Source of the DNA: Amphiscolops sp. MND2022
Taxonomy: Eukaryota
Direction: 5' to 3'
Assembly (NCBI GenBank): GCA_964187785.1
Contig: OZ076412.1
Coordinates: 23,064,001 to 23,128,000 of the forward strand
DNA length: 64,000 nt
Shown here: piece after piece, positions 25,076 through 36,600 of the stretch
How the letters are laid out: every line of letters starts with the position of its first letter
Numbering within the stretch: position 1 is the stretch's first letter
Translations under genes and position numbers: made by a program
Notes under the pieces: model-generated
What the model saw: only the letters and a program-made list of their open reading frames with translations
Databases searched by the model: none
Told to the model about the DNA's origin: nothing

Positions 25076-26499
25076 AGAAATGCGTTTGAAGATTTTTTTT
25101 CTGTTTTTCTTGCCAACCTGTATATCATTGCAGCTCTTTTACCTTGTTTCTGCCGGTCGACAGGGATAGTGGCTGGTATGAGTAATGTTTTTATTGTTTT
25201 TTTGTTGCTACTTGTCTACTGGAGTAAGAGCTGGTATGGGTTCCCTCCTTTCATTGCAGACCACGGGTGCCAACACAATTCTTCCCCAACACAATGGAAC
25301 ACAAGGGACTTGATTGATGACGAAGATCTTCGATTTCTGACAGTGGATACTGAAGACCTTCTATCAAGTTCAACAAAAGGTATAGGGTTTTTAAGTTGGT
25401 ACTTGAAAATGATAATGCTGCTAAGTGATTAGTTTTTACCTTGATTTTTGCTGCCGAGTGAGATGTTTCTTGATTTGTAGAAAAAAATTGGACATTTTCA
25501 TGAATGAACTATGCTGGAAATTGTTGTTCTAACAGTTTCCAAATGTTGTGATAAACTTGTTGAATAGTTTAAGAGAAGTACTGATTGATTTGATTTGTTT
25601 GATTATACTGGAAATCACTGTGAGGGCTGGAAATCACTGTGACAACTGGGACTGGACGGCCAACACTCTCCAGTCTCTGGGCGATTCTGTTGGTCTATCT
25701 AAACAATACTCGAATCAAGTTAGTCCGTTCGAAGTTTACTGACCTTTCGAGATCATCTATTCATATCTTCTCATACATTTATGGTGTTTAAAATCGGTGC
25801 CAGCTCACTGGACCGTACCCTTAATTCTATCCACTATCGGCAACAAAAACTCTTCAGATGGTACTGTTACTCTCGGCCTGGACTGAGTTTCAGTTCCAAC
25901 GCGAAAAACAGCCTTAAAACTTTACAGAAACTACTGAATTGTGGAGTTCTTTGCAGGAGTAGAGAATTGAATATTTGCCACGACATAATCAATCACTCTT
26001 CTTCGGCACACAAAAGCAACAACAACCAACCCTGTACGACTAGACGACTGTTTGAAATCTTTTTACAGTGGCGAACTAGACTTGAAGCTGGAGGTTACTG
26101 TCACTCCAGGCGCTCTGGTACGGAGAACATCCGAAAGAAACGTTTTGGAACGGCCATCGTTATATTTGATGCGAAGACAAAATTGATTTCACAGCGGAAA
26201 CAGAAAGACGCTTTCATTCTGACTGAGCTGAAAAGAAATCACCTAATAGTATACCTAGAATACAAACTACTGTCAACAGTTTGGAGAAACTGAAGTTGTT
26301 TGTCCAAATTCAAGTCTGCGAAAAAGAGTAGAAAAAAACCATCAAAAAAGATTTGGAAGAAAATCAAACAGGAGAGAAATCAAACTTAAGAGATTGGTTA
26401 ACTGTTTCTGTTGGGACTTCAAATCCTTTTTTTGGTTAGGAGGCCTAATTGAAACAGTGATCCAACCAATTTGGGCCTAAATCTCGAAACCATTTTACC

Positions 26500-29400
26500 T
26501 TGGATGGCTGCTGCCCTCATTGTAAGAAACAAGTTGTGGAGACTGAAAAAGACTCCTTTTGTTGCAATGGGCGCGAGGTGTGGTATCATGGTTCCTGTGG
26601 AGGCATAGATGTGAACGACATATCAATACTTTCAAAATACGCATCTGTACATTGGTCATTGGTACTGCATGAAGAAAACAGTATGCAAGGAAAATCATCA
26701 AACGTTTGGAAAGCACTAAATCAAAAAAATCAGAGAAAAAAACAGACAACGAAACACGTAAGCAAGAAATGCAACTAATCGAATTGATGGAAAACGATGA
26801 AAAACTCACCATCGAATTGACACTGGATAATCCAGAACAAGCTACAAGCTACGCAACTGTGGTTAAAACAGCACCGCCCGACCGTAGTGTCGGTCCCAAA
26901 GAAGTTCATAAGGTAAACAAACAGCGCTCACCGCGGGATCCAAACAAGACTTTAATAGTAACTAGTAAACAGACGTTTTGAGACAGTGTTGATATCAAGA
27001 GGACGTTCGCAAAATTTTTTCCGCCAAAGAAGTTAGTATAGTTAGTAGATGCTTTCACAACTGCTCGAGGTTTCACACACTTGGAATTCTTCACAGTGGA
27101 AGAGGCCGAAATTGTCTTGAAAACCTTGAACCCGGAAATCAGTGAAGGAGATTCAGTTGCGCGGAAAGCAAATGATAAAACGAATGAACATAGCGCTCTC
27201 AATAGAGGGGTACCCCTAGAATTTGATAACAATGAAATCGAGCAGCATCTTGACAACAACTTTCCCGGTATAAAAGCGAGACGATTCGTCAAAGCGGACA
27301 AACAGCTCTACAAAGTGAAACTCTCGTTTCCTTCAAAACTGCCGTATTTACAAGGCCATGTCAGACGGCATAATCCTGGATGCTCTTTTTATCATCCCGT
27401 TGAGTTCGTACAACAAAGTATAAGAATCATTCGATGCTACAAATGCCAGAAGTTTGGCCACATGAGCAGTAACTGTCATTCAAAGGAATCTTGCAAACAT
27501 TGCGCCGATAAACATGGCGTCGCTAGATGCACCAACGAAGACAAACCAGCTAAGTGTAACAACTGCAAAGGTAACCACGAGGCTGATGATGCTAATTGTC
27601 CGGCATACATCAAGCAAATACGTACCGTCCATGATGCTCGCGGAATACCCATACGAGTCAGAAATGGATGAACGAAAACTGACCTTCATGCAAATTAACA
27701 TCAGCGGACTAAGTGAACACTCTGAAAGTGCAGTAAATCATTATGTACATGAAAAAGATCCGAAGGTGGTATTCTTGAACGAAACAAAAGCCAATATACC
27801 ACGGCATTTTCTGAACAACTACAACGCTATTAGGGAACGTAGCTCATAGCTTGGGTTGAGTCGCAGTACTACTGAACAAGAAATTCCGTACTCCAGACTG
27901 TTAGAAACTAAGGAGAACTCAAGCGACAACATAGTGTTAACAATAATGTAGATGGTTTAAAATTGGTCGTTTCTACAGCTTTTGTACAACAAGAGAACTT
28001 AAATGAAGTCAAGATTAAATTAAGGTTTCGGAAAACTATAGGGAATTGGTTGATGACAGCAAAACAATAGGTTGCATACTCTTCGGAGACCTGAATGCTC
28101 GTCATCAATACTGGGGTGACTCAAAGAGTAAACGTTTAGGAGAATAAAAGGTCAAAAGTGTGGATACATATAGCATACTCAACAATGGAGAACCAACTTT
28201 CACTTCAACAAACGGTTCAAGTGTAATTGACCTATGTCTCATCTACGGACCAATGGTCAGTCAAAACGAACATAATCTAACAACAGATGAGAATGTTGAA
28301 ATCTTCACAAGAGCTCCAAATAGAAGTCATGTGCCAGTTTTATTTGATTTGCAGTGTTCACTGGAAAAATTAAAACAAGAAAGTTGTGGATGGAGAAAGC
28401 AAATTGGCAGCTTTAGACAGATTTTGTTGAGACTGGTGTTGGTGAAATCGATCCGAATGACAACAACTCCACTACACAGTGGAATTTTTTTTGAACCTTC
28501 CACTGGAGAAATACATACCTTGAAAACTATAAATTGATAAAGCAAACCTTTTTTGGAATTCCGAATTAACGAAATCTAGTCAAGAGCTGAGACATCTGAG
28601 AAAAAAATTCAAATAATGTTCGAACTTCATAATTGGTGAAAAACTGGCGAGAGCTAAAGAGAATTTCAAGGAACCACTATCCGACAGTACGTCCAAATGG
28701 ATGAGTTGTTTCCTCAGCAATCATGGGCATAAGAGATGCCGAGACTTTTGGGCATGGTATAAAAATTAAATCAACAAGAAGAAGGAAGAGGTTGGGCTAA
28801 TAAGAAAAAAGACTGGTGAACTTCTTTACACGAAGAGCGAAAGTTGTACACAAAGTGAAACAAACTTTTTCTCCGGGCAAAATATCTCAAAACAAGCGAG
28901 GTTTTCTTACGACGCGGGGTTCTTTGAACATGTCGAACAGGAAGTCAGAATGCCTGACAGCAGTGAGGAACACCAAGATGATCCCTTCGTCGACCCACTT
29001 AATATGGAAGAGCTAATTGCAGCAATCGCCAACACAACAAGTACTAGGACTTTCCATACCCATGGCCAACACCTGACAATGGTCAAAAAGATGGGATAGA
29101 AAGCTCGAGATATGCTTCTCCAAACTTTCAACAACTGCTGGGAGACTGAGTCATGGCCTTGGAAAGAATCGCGAGTTAATTTCTTCCGTGAGCCGAAGAA
29201 AGAGAATTACGACGACTGTTCATCTTACCGACCCTTGTCCATCTCCAGTCACTTTGCTAAACTCTTTGAACGAATTTTGGCCAGTAGAATTAACAAATAT
29301 CTCGACTTGCACAACATCATTGGTCAAGAACAAGAAGGCTTCAGAACGAAAAGAAATACTGTGCTATCACTATACAAGCTTCGTCTATCGCTGGAACGAG

Positions 29401-32400
29401 CCAAAGCATCAAAACTTCCTACAGCTTTGCTTTCTATTAATTTGGAAAAAGCTTTCGACAGCGTCTGAATAAGTGGACTTCTCTACAAACTGAGGAACTA
29501 GAAAATAGCTGGCAGACTGATTCGAAATTTGGAGGCTTTCTTGAGATACCGACAGGTCTTTACTGAACTAGGGGAATATAAATCCCACACTTTTCCTGTT
29601 AACACGGGAGTACCTCAAGGGAGTGTGCTTTCCCCGCTACTTTTTATCAAATTTCCCAACGACTTTTTACTAACCGAAGACTACTCTTTAAAATTCCGGA
29701 CGACAGCTCAATTGTAGTCACCGGCGAAACCACAGACGATCTGACGCGAAAGCTTGCTCTGTCTTGTGCTGGAGTGGGAAGTTGGTGTTCAACCTGGAGA
29801 ATGGTGGTCAACTGCGGGGTGACAGAAATTGATCTTTCAGGTTGTGAGGCAAGTGACATTTAACCCCTATGCTAAATGGTGATCCCTGCCAAATCAAGAG
29901 CCACACTTAATCACTTGGAAAGTTAATTGACAATCAGTTAACATACCGACAACATGCAGAAGCAACAGCTGAAAAAGCAAACCGAAAGTGGAACCTCCTA
30001 TCTTGCTTGTGTAACAACAAAGGGAGCCTCAACATTCCTTCTTTGATTCTGCTGTACAAGATAACAATTCTTCCCCTCATTCTATATGCCTCCCAGATCC
30101 GGTTTGAACGAAATCACTGCAGCATGCAAAGAGTACGAAATAATTTCAACAGAACGGTTTTCAAGAATGGCTATTTGCCGAAAATTGAATATTGTCAATT
30201 GTCATTGGGCGTACCACCTAATGATATATTGAAATCGAGTATCAACGTCAAATTCCTTATAAAAGTTACATAGCAAATGATCTTCTCACAACGACCAATG
30301 ATTCCTCGGATAACGACAAAAAAGTGTTGCTAATCTTTTGGAAAGTCATCTTAGAAGATTTGTCAAACTTGTGAACAATGAGAGCAGGTCTTACGTAGTG
30401 GATAACATCAACGATTTCATCGATTTCATGAGGAGACGTAGATGGACAGCTTCGGACAACAACTCCTTCCTCAAATGTTATACTGAGACCACACCAGCCT
30501 ACAATCACTTCACCCCATTTTTAAAAGGATGCCACGAAACAGGTAAAAAAACAGGTCGAAAAAAATTTGGGTCGAAAAATGTCGAAAGGTCAAAATTGAA
30601 AACACTAGAATTCGAATCGAATGAATCAGGTCGAACCTCCATTTTTTTCGTGAAGCAATCGAATTTGCAGGCAAATTTGCTTACCTGTGACCAAAGTTGT
30701 GCTTGATTTCAGGGCAGAGATGTATCCGAAAATGCGCCGGCTTATCGGGTGATCGATGGAGCATGCAAGGCGACTCAAGTTTAGGTGAACAAAGAAAAAC
30801 ATAAATATTCTCGAGACAAATCTTACGGCATAACCTTATATCTTCGCTGTGTGGATGTTAGACATGGATGCTACGTGGTACATCCCAAATTGTAGATGGA
30901 ATAATTGCCCATTGTCGGGAACACAATCACGAACCTGATCCGAGACAAGTGGAGAGAAGGGAGATTAAGGCGAGTTTGAAGCGAAGAGCGGAGGCCACTA
31001 GAAACCCGTGAGAACGAGGCGGTTTTGTTGATATTACTTACCGGTGAAATGGAGCCAACAACGACCAAAAGGCGAACCAACTTAGCCGTAGCGTCATTCA
31101 ATCGCTCCATTTCTAACCAATTTCGCATCAATCATCCGAACTTTTGGACCTTTCTTGGTCGCATTAAGATGATTATTCAAACTAACGACAGCGAAATTGC
31201 ACAATCACGAAACGGAAGTGAAATTCGACGCCCGAAACGTCGAAAACATGTTACAATTGAAAGACGCGTCAAAGCTGCCGAAACCTTGTTTTTATATGGT
31301 ACCTTGAATGTTGACAAGTTTTTGACCAAGGCGTCGTTTCAAATTGAACATTTGAACTTTAAGAGACAGTATGTGACTGATGAAGACCATGTTCGTCCTA
31401 AATCAAGCGTGTTGCCATTTACACGACGAATAGAAACTCGGACACAGTACCGGAATGATGAACCTGGTACCTCTGACCGAGTTTTGCCAAATGAAAGTTT
31501 TGACGACAACTCCGAACACGCGAATAGTTCCATCGATGAAGTCTCAGATGGGAACTATTTCGTTGAAGGCCACAGTCGGGCATCTATTGCATCTGCCATT
31601 ATGATTAGTCGTCGCTAACTCTCTGCCCTAACCGGTAGATCTCAATATTTTGTTCAAAAAATTATTAAAACCAACATCAAATCATGATGATAATCGATTC
31701 AAAATCAATTTTCATATATTATGTGATAACTAACAATTCATGATGTGAATTCAAGCTTTTCAAATGTATATTTTCAAGCCAAGACGTTAAATTTTAATTT
31801 TTGGTGTTATATGTTCTGAAAATGCCGCCCATTTCGTTATTTAAATCGTAATTTTTGTCACTGAATTGAATGTCAATGCGCATTTCCACGTACTTTTGAA
31901 GCTGTTTATTGATAATTGTGTTTCTGTTGCAGTTACAACTGGTTAGATTTGGGTGGGCGGAAGTAGGTCGAAGGAACGGGATCGAAAATCAGAGTTAGTC
32001 CTCAGGTCGACATACCAAATTTTTGAATGGGATCGAAACAACTCGGATCGAAATTTTTGTAACGTAATCAGATATGTTCACATACCCCTAGTGCCCTTAA
32101 TGCAGGAGCGAAGCGAAGCGGAGCGACGTGCCATATGGCCATGCCTCAATGTTGCTACTTGGCGAAGGGAGCGAAGCGACCGAGCCATACAACAAATACG
32201 ATAATATTCGACCACATTCCATTCGATCCCTGCAATTCGATCAGAAGGTTCGACCTCTGTCCTTTCGACCGGAAAAATTCGACCTATTGACAGCCACCCG
32301 TTACATTTAAAATTTATTAAGTAAATTTCGTTTTTTCGATTTTTTAGCTTTTTTCGATCGGATTCATCAAATTTGGTTTCGATTGGTTGTATACGTTTCC

Positions 32401-32745
32401 GCTTTATCGATCAAAATTTTTCGATTGGATGACTTCGATCAGATTCCTTCGGCCGCAGTTTTTTCGATCGTTTTCAACTGTTTTTTTACCTGTTTCAGTT
32501 GACCCCTTCAAGCCATTCAAAACACGAAGCAAACAAGATCTGTGAACTTGTTCTGGGGAATTCTTTCTCTGTATCTTATTACGCCTGGAAAATGAGTAAG
32601 AAAGCATCACCCTTATGTGATTGTGGAGCTTCAGAAGAGACTGCTGTACACTTTCCTGAATTGATAAATTGAACCTACTGTGTTAAGACGACTGCGACGA
32701 AATCGAAAAGTTCGTGATGAAAACCAAGAAGCTAAACAAGGACGG
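26500..32745 (+). mobile_element. Near full-length decayed LINE (ORF1 26500-27671; ORF2 27664-30535 and 32497-32700), split by a MULE
   Basis: ORF1 has a PHD-like N-terminus and three zinc knuckles. ORF2 has APE (FMQINISGLS, GDLNA, SVIDL), RT (YRPLSISS, NLEKAFDSV, GVPQGSVLSPLLF) and a displaced tail KASPLCDCGASEETAVHF. Confidence 0.9.
30536..32496 (+). mobile_element. Mutator-like (MULE) deletion derivative
   Basis: 19-bp TIR GAAACAGGTAAAAAAACAG at both ends. FLYWCH-like YLRC..RHGC...HNH (about 30790-30990) is joined to the transposase C-terminus (RTN..SFNRSI..HPNFWTFL). The DDE core is missing. Confidence 0.8.
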
Positions 32746-33175
32746 AGGGTTAGAGACAATTTGCCGAAACCCAATTTGCCGAACGTGAAGGAGAATTTGC
32801 CGATTTTTTTCGGCAAATCGTCCCCTTGACTTTGCCGAATTCTGTAGGGACAATTTGCCGAATACCTAGCGTTTTCAAATAATGTTTTTGGCCGTCGGAT
32901 ATGCCCCCATTTGCCCTAGTGCCCCGCGGCCCCTTGGGGCCGCTTATGTTCCTATCTTGCTAAGGGAGGTCGAACAGGAGCAAAGACCTAGCGGGAACGG
33001 AGATCGCGAAGCGATCGTACAGGTAGCTGGTCTTTGCGACGGTGAGGGGAACGTGCATACACCGTATATGACCACATATTAGGTGAGAAGTACCTAATCT
33101 GTTTTAAACGCTTCGCAGGAGCAAAACCGAACGTGAAAGACAGTTTGCTGAAAATTATTTGCCTGTAACTATCCA
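32746..33175. mobile_element. MITE-like element with TTTGCCGAA repeats
   Basis: Imperfect terminal inverted repeats (GGAGGGTTAGAGACAATT / GGATAGTTACAGGCAAAT) and repeated TTTGCCGA motifs. Confidence 0.5.
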
Positions 33176-33674
33176 ATTGGTGGACTGAAGTAATTGATGA
33201 AGAAGAGGGTTGAAAACTACGTGAATTGAAACGAATAGAGGAGTTAGAACATATATATTTCTAACGGTCAAAATTTGTATTGCGAACCCGTGCCCCCCTA
33301 ACATGATGGCCCAATTGGCACAAGAATAATGATCATCGATTTGTATCATCTGAGAGAGGCTTAAAAATTCTTTGCAATTTTGTGTGACATTACTGCTCAA
33401 CGGCGATTTGACACTGAAGCTTTTACCGCTGAACTACAGAATGGTAGTCCGACCAGGCGGTGTATCCTCAACATTGAAAGTGTGAGCTGAAAAAACCAGC
33501 TGATATTGTCTTCTACTAATAGTCGGTAAGACCTGTCATTGATGATCCTCCCCATCCTATATTACTACTACTGGAGAAATCTTTTAGAGGGTCCCCTTTA
33601 GCTGTTGTAGATATATCGGTTATATTTTAATGCATTTATTTTAAAGCGCTCTATCATTTTTTTATATAGATGCT

Positions 33675-36600
33675 ATGACAGATTTTGGTAGATCTTCGTT
33701 TGCTCCGGGACGACCGTCAACTGCCATCCCGCAAAAAGGACGAAAAGTTCCAAAGTTTTTTGAAGAAACTGATGCTTTTGTGTTGAGTACTTTTGGGGGC
33801 TTGTTACCAATTGCTGCCAAAGACAATTTGAAAAATGCCGCCTCGTCAAGTGGACTAATGGACGAAACTAGTGAAAATATTTTATTCGTTTCTTCGAGGA
33901 ATATGTATTTGTGGAGTTTGAAATGGGGCGAACATGGAATGAAAAAGTTTTGTTTGCCTTCTAGCGCTGTTGCTATAACGAGAAGGCACATTTCATTAAC
34001 CGTTTTCCCAAAATCTGTGGCTTTGGTTTGTGTTACCCCGTCTGGCTATCTTCGATACTGGAAAACCTTAACATGTCCAAATGCATTCTCAGAAGCTGCC
34101 CTTCCTATACGTGATCAGGAAGTTTTTTCTGTTGTTCAAGTTATGTTTGAAAAAATGGTCGTCGCTACAACTAATTGCACAATTTTGTTTGTTGATAAGA
34201 ACATGGCAAGCAGAGAATTGAAGATGACGTCTAAAAGTCACCGGAGATTATCAAACACATTTTTTCTCAATCTTTTTCTTGACTCGCGTAAACCTATAGA
34301 AAGTTTTCAGGATTTCGCTATGAGCCATCGCTTTAAGTCTACATCACTACATAGAATTCTTTCGATAGTAATGATATAATTGGAATAGCAATATTAAATA
34401 GAATATATTTCGAAAAATATTCAACCATTTGATTATTGATACATGGTGAAAGTATCTAATATTTTCAAAAAAGGTACTACAATGATAAAAATATTTTCTA
34501 TTTACTTCGCTATTCAATAAAAATGGCCCTTGGTTAGGAAATTGTTTGTTTTGTAGTTATTCTTTCAAAGTCCAGTATGATAATCTCGGAAGGTGGTTTT
34601 ACTTCTCGCCTGGCGTCCGTGACGTCATATTTCATGCCTTCGTCAACCAGTCAAGAAGACATGGAGCAACTCAAAGCTCTTCTAGTGCCTGTCAGATCTG
34701 AAATGTGCATAATGGCGATTTCCAACCTCAATTTATATTTGATCAACTTCCAAGAAGAAAAGCTCGTGTGGTGTGTAAACGTGTGTGATGCTTTGAAACC
34801 CCATTTGGAAGATAAAGATGCCCGAAATATTTTGGTGTTGAATGCGAGCTACTGGGGCGACGAGAGTGACCTGATTTTGCTTTTCAGTTACAAGCAGGGG
34901 TGCGTGTTTACATTTCATGAACATAATACACAAAAAGCGCAAAGTCTCAAATTTGCTCAGAGTGGCCTCTAAGAAATTCTCATGAATTTCAGAAAAGCAA
35001 AAAAATCAAAGGGGCGCCCTGTGGGTTTAGGAAACGAATTGAATTTTTTACGGGAAAAACTTCCGGAAATAAAATTCTCAAGTCCCCTATTTTGCGGTAG
35101 CGTTTCGCCAGCATTCATCATGACTGAAGGATTCTACTCCTCTGGATGTCTGGGTCACTACGGGAAATAAGTCCCAGTGTCGAAAAGGTTAAAGAGGGGA
35201 CCCTTTAGGCTCGAAAAAACTTTGACCCTCTAAAGTTAGCAAACATGTCGTTTTTAAGGAGAATCTCACTAATATAAGAGTGCCGAAAAACAGGGTCGGG
35301 CAGTATTTTTCACGAAAAGCGCCGACTAAAAATAATGGTTCAAAATAGTTTAGCAGAAACCAGCACATCTGTGGACTAATTAATTTTACTTCAATGTTCA
35401 TATACGGAGATGTATAACTATTCCTATGAATTTATCTTGTGGTTAACGATTACATGCGGTTACTAAGAGAAGCAGTCAGATCTGCAAAGTGTCAGATCGC
35501 CCAAATTTCATATAAATGTGCCGTTATGCGATCTGTTCTCATAAAAGATCCTCAATAAAACATGTCCAAATCAAGATTTGAATTCAATCATCAGTAGAAA
35601 TTATTCACTATTAGTAGTAAAGGAAGGGGGGGTTTATGAACGTTTTTGGCTCCCAACCGAAAATTTTCTAAGATAGAATTCTTATGCACGTTTTGGGCTC
35701 CCAAGTCGAAAACTTTCTAAGATAGATTTCTTATGCACGTTTTGGGCTCCCAAGTCGAAAACTTTCAAAGTCTTAAAGCTCAAAGGTCAAACTGACTCTT
35801 TAATCAAAATGTGTGCCATATGTCAAGTTTTGTTTACATTTCCTTTTCTGACTTAGAATAATCTCGACTTAGGAGCCATAAAAATGCAATAAGAATCTGA
35901 GAATCTTAGAATATTTTCCTCTGTGAGCAATGCCATCAGAATATATGACTGAATCTGAGAAACATAGTCAAAATCAGCCCAAGAATGTCCAAAAACTGTT
36001 TTTTGACGTTCTCAAAAACTGTCCGTATGATTCAAACGAATTTTCTATAGTCGTTCTACACTATATTAGAGTCCTATATGTACAAAGGCATCAAAATCGT
36101 ATGGCCGGGATTTGAGAAACAGCCAAAATTGGATCAAAAAGTGACCAAAATCGGCCATTTTTTGACTTTTTTCGATTTTTTCAAAACTGCACGCGATTAG
36201 AGTTCGAACGATTTTTAGTCGGTGCTTTTTAGAAGAAAATTAGCCCAACTATTACAGGGACTAGTTTTTTTCGTCAGATAACAGAATGTATGCGTAGTGG
36301 ACACTTTTTCTACAGAACTATTAAACTACTGGACCGGCAAGCGGGAACGCATCTAAGTTAGTGCAAACGGTCCCCCCTTTCGTGTACTCAATTTTTAACG
36401 AAAGATACAAAATCGGACGGGACTACAGGGTCGCCCCTTTTCGGCACTGTGCGACTTTTTTTGAATTATTTCATGTCGCCAAAGGGTCCCCCTTCATGTT
36501 TTTTTTATATTTTGCAGCAAACTGAAGTTTCAAAAAGCCCAATGGGTCTCTTTTTTAGTTTTTCGGCACTATGAGACTGTTTCAAAATTCTCATTTTTCG

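Noticed and set aside
33397-33555. 52-aa minus-strand ORF head-to-head with Nup133 (MGRIINDRSY...)
   Set aside because: No recognisable homology and no downstream exons found in the window. It could be a first exon but is unsupported.
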